NCBI GenBank assembly: GCA_003427395.1 | Contig: BFEA01000004.1 | Span: 1,965,628 to 2,029,627, forward strand | DNA from: Chara braunii | Taxonomy: Eukaryota; Plantae; Charophyceae | Direction of reading: 5' to 3' | Length of the DNA: 64,000 nt | Part shown: positions 57,807 through 64,000 of the stretch, one piece after another | Position numbering within the stretch: the first letter of the stretch is position 1 | Layout of the letters: each line of letters starts with the position of its first letter | Position numbers and translations under genes: made by a program | Notes under the pieces: generated by a model | The model's database searches: none | What the model was told of the DNA's origin: nothing | The model's input: only the letters and a program-made list of their open reading frames with translations

Positions 57807-57979
57807 TAGGAACGTGTGTTCGTGATTTCTCAGTGGTCTTGCCTTAGGTACTTGTGGAAGTATTCACGTGACTATTAGCCAGGCCCTGTCGGCCCCAGAA
57901 AATCTCGAGCCCTTGGGCACAGGCCAAATTCGGAGAGTTGAGGGCCACGCGACCCTCACAAGGAAAATGCTAAAACACT

Positions 57980-58800
57980 TGAAGGCCAGGGCCCCAGTCC
58001 AGAAGCTTCCAGTCCAATTTAGAGGTCCAGTCCCGTTAGAAGTCAGCAGGGTCCAGTTTGGGGCACTTGCAGGCCCAAGTCAAGAAAGGTCTAGAGGTCG
58101 AAGTCTACCTATTGGGCCTAAAGAGTCCAGAAGTCGAGCCGTTACTGGTTGGACCTGGTACCAAAGGAAAAGTCCGAAAGTCGAAAGTCCAACCTTTCTG
58201 CTGCAGCACCTTCCGGAAGGCACCGGTACCCAAGAAACATGCAGTCCACTGCAGACAGGCCCAAGCGGCGGGTACCGGTCCAGACAGACCAACCCAGTCC
58301 ATGCAGCTATATAAGCAAGCACAGTGCCTTGGCGATTCATTCAGAGTTGGATGTTGTGGAAGCACTGCGCGGCTTGTGCGACCATCGCGACCCTGTGCCC
58401 TGTGGTAAAGAGGAGGACGACGTGAAGCAAGTTGGAGGCGACTAAGAGGAAGGCGGCCATAGCCACTGGAGACCAAGGAGGCGGCTGTATTCAGGGATAG
58501 ATCCAGGCATAGAGAACGTGAGGCAGAGGGGGAGAGGAGAGGGAAGAGATCGTGTACATACTAGAGGAAGAGAGGGAGATCATGTACATACGGAGAGAGG
58601 AGAGAGAGGGAGAGACTAGTGAGACACATATCTGAAGCTGTTGCCGGATGCAGGTTGCTGGGCCGTAGGAGTAGCAGCTAGATTTTTCAGCTGTGTAAAT
58701 TCTTGAAATAAAACAAGTTGGTTGTCCTCTTGGTACTCGCTACTCGTGCGTAATTGGAAACCTGTTGAACATTCTCTTCTGAGCTTGTTTGATGACAACT
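57980..58800 (+). mobile_element. Possible solo-LTR-like segment
   Basis: CCAGTCC-rich U3-like block, CTATATAAG at ~58307, then GAGA-rich tract; similar style at 42135-42530. No TSD verified. Confidence 0.25.
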
Positions 58801-58953
58801 GTATGTGAGATCATTGCACTAGCAGCAGTAGCTGCAGTACTGTTTCTTTTGTTTTTTATTTCTCAACTGTTTCAAATGTGAATCTGACTGATTGTAATCT
58901 GTTATGGTCCAAATGCGAGAATCTCCACGCAAGCGTTCCTTGAACTGTTCGAA

Positions 58954-59113
58954 TTCTTTCTTTTTTTATTTCTTTTTTTTTCGGTCACACACAGGCCCTT
59001 CCATCCTGGGGGGCAGCAGTCCGGTTACTTATCCCCGGCAAGCATGTTTGTACAAAGACAGTGGGGGAGAAAAGAAGATAGAAGAAGAATCAGCCTAACC
59101 CTTGTGGCACTAG

Positions 59114-59149
<36 letters not shown>

Positions 59150-62100
59150 CATCTATGCACCCCACCTCTAAACCTTTGCCCCCCCCCCGGTGGATCGCCC
59201 TACGGCCGGGAGGCTTACTACCAGCACCCAGACACACAGTAGGGCAATCCCAGGGGGGCTTGGCGCGGGGGGGAGCGTTCAGGGCATTCCCTGAGGGCGT
59301 TTACCAATCATCAACTGTTTGCCTTGCCTAGTATCTGCCTACTGCTGTCCTGCACAGGTCTACCTCACACATACAGCCTACCCTCTTCCCATGTAAGCCT
59401 TTGACAACCTTTACCATCCCTGAAGCCCCATCCAATCGCCTGTACCCTTCGCCTAGATTCTATTGCAAGCCTGTTATTGTCCTACCGACGAGACATTCAT
59501 TTCTAATTATAGTGGCTCCAGCGTGCCTCTCATCCCCTCGTCCTGTCTCCAACAGCTTCCTGTGTTTTCTGCGTTTCAATACAAAAATCCCTCTCTAAAC
59601 AGGTTCTTCTCTTCCCCTCCCCCCACCGGCCCTAGCCTATGGTGTCTTCTACGGTATGTACCTACCTACCTATTGTACATCTACCTTTCTCACAATCACT
59701 CTCCTTTCTGTTCTACCTGCCCGAAAAACCTAGCTATATTTCACACCGCCTTCTTTCATGAGGATCTGTCCCCCTCTTCCTACTCATCCCCGACTTCCCC
59801 TTCTAGGTCAGCCCCAGGCATTTGACGCAGCAAAGCTGGGTCCAGCTGCATTAGGCCCATCTGGGGGTGCCGGGTGAGTAGCTGCAGGTACGGCCTCCAT
59901 TTTGTGCAGAATCCTCTCTTTCTATTCACCCATATGCGTGCATCGATGCAGATCTGCCGAGAGGGCAATTCTGATGTTCTCCAGCACCCTTTCTTGATAC
60001 GTCGCAGCGGCCGTGGAGTTCCCTGTCTACATCGCTCGAAGTCCACAGAGCCCAAAGCACCGACCCGGATAATCTCTGAAGCCATCAGGTCCTCCAGCTG
60101 TGATCTATCCACCTTCGACAAAGCATCAAGGAGGATAGCTGCGTCATCCGCCTCCGCTCAAAGTCCACAGAGCCCACAGCACCGCCGCCCGGATAATATC
60201 TGAAGCCATCAGGTCCTCCAGCTGTGATCTATCCACCTTCGCCAAAGCACCAAGGAGGATAGCTGCGTCATCCGCCTCTGTGACTCCCAGAGGGGTTTTG
60301 TCCGTCATCTCCTGCGCCCACCATTCCCAGAAGGCCCGGACTACCGGACATCTCACAAAAAGACGAGAGACGGAGGGCAGCCAAGATGGCGCTTTGCTCA
60401 TTCTGTCTGCGGTGAGTCCATCTGCTGACATAGGCATCCGGGATCCAGTCCCTCTTGGCCCATCGGCCTTTCAATTCTCTGCATCCAGGTCCACTAAAGA
60501 GTTTTATATGCTCTTTGTGGCAAGACACTAGAGCTGCACCGCCTTTCTCTGCGTCCTTTGAGCCGACCACTCCCACTCCACCGGGTCCCAGACCAGGTCC
60601 CATCTTTGAGCCGCAATTCGGAATGGCAGGTACTGTCCTTTCCCCTTTGGACTCCCTTCACACACCGCCACTGTTTGCATCATGCACCTATCCATCATTT
60701 TTCGGGGGTTTCCCTCTTGCTCACCAGATTCCTGCAGGGGCTCCCCCAGTCGTCCATAACCTGAGTTCACCTGCCATCCCATCACTTCCAGGTTGCCGTC
60801 TTCCATCACTTGCTCAACCTTGTAGACTCTGTCCGGTCTCAGGCTTCCTCTCACCTTCAGCCATTCCCCCGGAGTTATTTCATCTCTTCTTAACATCTCA
60901 GTCCACTGGGGGGGGATGGCTTCCCACAATTCTTGAAGTCTTTGCCTTCGCATCCGTCCCTGCAGCGATTCCAGCACGTCGTTATCAGGGCGCCAATCCT
61001 TCCGATCTTCATCCCATAGATGTCGCACTTTGTAAATGCCCTGATCCGCCCATTTCCAGCCTTATGCTCCTCGCGGGCCGTTCCACAGGAAGGATTTGCC
61101 AGCCTCGTCACAGATGAATCTGTTGTCGAACAACAGCTGGTTGTAAACTGCCTCCGCTGTTTCCGGTAGGCGGCAGCAGCTTAAACGTGCCTTTTTCTAC
61201 AGTGCCACCTTTGTGGACCATATGGTGTCCCTGCGAATGTGGCCTATGGCTTTGTGGCGAAGGAGGCACAGATCCACCAGTTTCCTAGGCACGTGGAGTG
61301 CATATGCCAGGTGGGTCGTGGTGATTTCTTGCCATGCTTCCCCCACTGTGCCGAACAGATGCCATACCAACTTGCGCATCTGCAGAGCAATTATCTGCCT
61401 CCGCAGATCCAGCAGTCCCAGGCCTCCGAAGCGCCTTGGTTGGATGAGCTTGTTACAGGCCACTCTGCATATGGAGTCCTAAGCCTGCGAGTTGCTCGAC
61501 CATAAGTGTGCACGGATCCCCTTTCTGATGTATCTGAAGTTGCACTTTTCTGGCATATGCACCGCACCTGCATACCACAAGGTCGCAAGCACCGAGTTCT
61601 TAATTACCAGGGCCTTCCCAAAGACGCCCATGTTCCTCCTTGCACTCCATGCTTTGAGTCGGGCTACCGCCACTGTGGCTCGGACTGCCATCTGTTCGAC
61701 CCCGCTGTAGCTGGGCGTCATTTTCGCCCCCAAGAAGGCCATTTGTTCACATTCAGTTACCGTGGGGACGGCCCATCCCTCTGGCGGGTCAACCCTAGGA
61801 TGGCTTTTGATTTCTGCCAGTTGACCCTCACTCCAGAGTATTTACAGAATATTTGGAGGTCATCCTTGAGAAAGGCCAGCTGCTGGGTCGCGGGGGGGAG
61901 CACTGCTCCCAAATGATCTGCAAACGTCGTCAGGTCACCTTGATTACATTGGACAAATGCCATCAGGTCGCCTTGATTACATTGGACAGAATCTGGCGGC
62001 CCGATACGAAGCCTGTCTGGGTGCAATCAATGATGCGCGGCCGTACCTCTCTCAGGCAGGTCGCATTACTTTAGCCAAGATCTTGTATGGTGCATTAAAC

Positions 62101-63832
62101 CACCAGTACTTGGCCCAGCTAGCGACGCTTTCCCGTTAATGCGCCGCGCCTTTAGGTCTTCGGGGTACCGGACCACAATGGCTGGAAGTGCCAGCCAAAA
62201 AAAAATTGAAACGGTACCCCGGCGCTTCGACGAAAATTGGCGTGCAGGGGCATTCCAGGCTCGGCATCGATAGCTGGGCCAAGTACTGGTGGTTTAAGGA
62301 TGGATATCGATCGGCCTCCAGTTTCACACGTCCTCCTTTGCCCCCTTCTTATAAAGCAAGACCACATATGCTTCCGCAAAGCCGTGCGGAAAAGATCCAT
62401 GCTTAAGTGCCTTGTTATACGTAGCGGTCAGTAAGGTCACGAAGAAGTTGCGGATGTCTTTGTATAATTCGACCGTCATCCCGATCCAGGCCCGGTGCCT
62501 TGAGGCAGGGGCGGTCCACAATGGATCTCTCCACCTCCTCTGCCTTAATCTCTTCATCTAGTGCACAGGTACTTGCCAGGTCCAACCGATTGCGGATATG
62601 CCTCCACACTACTCGCTCCGGCTACTTTGCCATATCCTGCGGAGTCCATTCCTCCTCTTCGGTTAGCAGCTGGCAGTAGAAATATGTGACGCATTGCAGG
62701 ATCCCCCTCGTGCTGCGCTGCTTTACCTGATTATCGTCGAAAGGGGGGTGGGGGTCCATTGCTGTCATCAACGGTGCCACCTTGCGAGTGCCTGCTGTGG
62801 CAAAGAACTATCGTGCCATTCGTTCCGCCACTGCAATCCAAACCTCCTTAGTGCGCCTCCCCCAGTCAACCACTTCCTCCAGGCTCCCGCTGCCATTCTG
62901 TCCATCCTCGTGCTGCCTCCACCCACTCGGCCCCCCATTCGCCTTCCATTTACTCCCCCGCTGGACCGCTGTTCAATTCCTCCATTCTTTGGCCGTATTC
63001 CTCCCCCGTTTGTTGATGCACCAGGTAGCTGCAGCACAGCTGTTTGACCAGCCGTTCCCGCAGCTGCCGGACTGCCGGTGCAATGTGAGCTAGCAAGTTT
63101 TCCTGTGGGCAGTCATTTATCCATTCCTCCCAAAACCGGGCCACCTCGGGCCGAAACTCCGTACTCTTAAAGATCCTTGCCCGGATCGCCTTCGGGGGGT
63201 GACCCATCTACAGCTGTCCCACCGGATAGCTTGCTATCGACGCTGAATGGTCCGACGTTGCCTTGCTTGCTGTTGACACTGAATGGTCCGACGTTGCCTA
63301 ACTTGCTATTGACGCTGAATGGTCCGAGTCGCCTAACTTGTTATTGGCGCTGAATGGTCCGACATCGCCATCGGGGAAATGTGGGCCTGCTCTAGCAACC
63401 TCCTTGTCGCATCATTGCATTGCGAAGTGTGAAGGAGTCGGTTCCGGCATGCCTTGCTATGGCAGAGTCCAGCGGAATGTCCACAACCGAGTTGAAATCC
63501 CCTGCTAGTATGATCTTGTTGAGATCTCGGGTCAGGGTCTGCAGCTGCTCCCACATCCTGCATCGCAGCCCAGTCTCCGTCGGGCCATACACTGTGACCG
63601 TGGCCCCTTGGGTCAAAGTATCAGTCTTGAACTTCCCCTCTGAAATGGGGTAGACCAAGATGCAGACCCCCCTTTTTGTTCCTCGTGCCGGCGTCCATAC
63701 TTGGTGACTCTTCCACCATAGCACCGGCTCTGCTATCTTGTCGCCATCCAGCTTGGTCTCTTGCCAGCCGATGACGTCAATCTGTTTCTGTCTGACCTTC
63801 TCCACTGCAATCAGACTCGCTTTCAAACACAC
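58954..63832 (-). mobile_element. Degenerate L1-clade LINE (ORF2: APE endonuclease plus reverse transcriptase; frameshifted)
   Basis: Endonuclease motifs VIGWQETKL, IILAGDFNSV, SDHSAPI; RT motifs KAPGLD, VVLLYKKG, SILNAPYKILAK, FADHL, FCKYSGVRVNWQKS, GKALVIKNSVL, GGLGLLDL; A-rich tail on the minus strand at ~58954-58981. Confidence 0.9.
62099..62293. mobile_element. 195-bp MITE with TTAA TSD (piggyBac/Kolobok-like target) inserted in the LINE RT
   Basis: 23-bp perfect TIR ACCACCAGTACTTGGCCCAGCTA; TTAA at 62095-62098 and 62294-62297; removing it restores the RT peptide SILNAPYKILAK. Confidence 0.9.
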
Positions 63833-64000
63833 TTTTCACACATGTAAACAGTACGCAGCACACTGGCGACATGCGCCCACTCAAAACTCAGAGATGTGGC
63901 TTCAGATACGAGTTCACTCTCAAATGGCTATGGCGACTTCAGCGCCCAAACATCTCACTATTCACATGCACTGGATCACCCTGGATATCCCACACGCATC

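Overview
Eukaryotic, repeat-rich genomic DNA with three N gaps and many (GA)n/(CA)n microsatellites. The gene content suggests a streptophyte with flagellated sperm, plausibly a Chara-like alga; this is an inference from a land-plant-type WD40 gene, a plant-type U6 and mitochondrial SSU rRNA fragment, and a motile-cilia gene. The main feature is a 40-kb, 8-exon + strand gene (9910-50270; 4794-nt CDS, 1597 aa) encoding a WDR44/Rab11BP-like WD40 protein, with all splice sites GT-AG and in phase. Its 16.2-kb first intron holds an intact, apparently intronless antisense gene (22268-21141) for a CFAP96/C4orf47 (DUF4586)-like cilia protein. The introns also carry three U6 snRNA-derived copies (two with A-rich tails and target-site duplications), a mitochondrial SSU rRNA fragment, a decayed duplicate of exon 7, a tRNA-derived SINE family, and Tc1/mariner-, Harbinger- and hAT-type non-autonomous elements. 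The flanks contain LTR-like segments, a 4.1-kb TTAA-flanked TIR element, and a degenerate L1-type LINE interrupted by a MITE of the same TTAA family. A Nextera mate-pair junction adapter at 14588-14625 is an assembly artefact. All homology calls rest on recalled motifs, not on searches.
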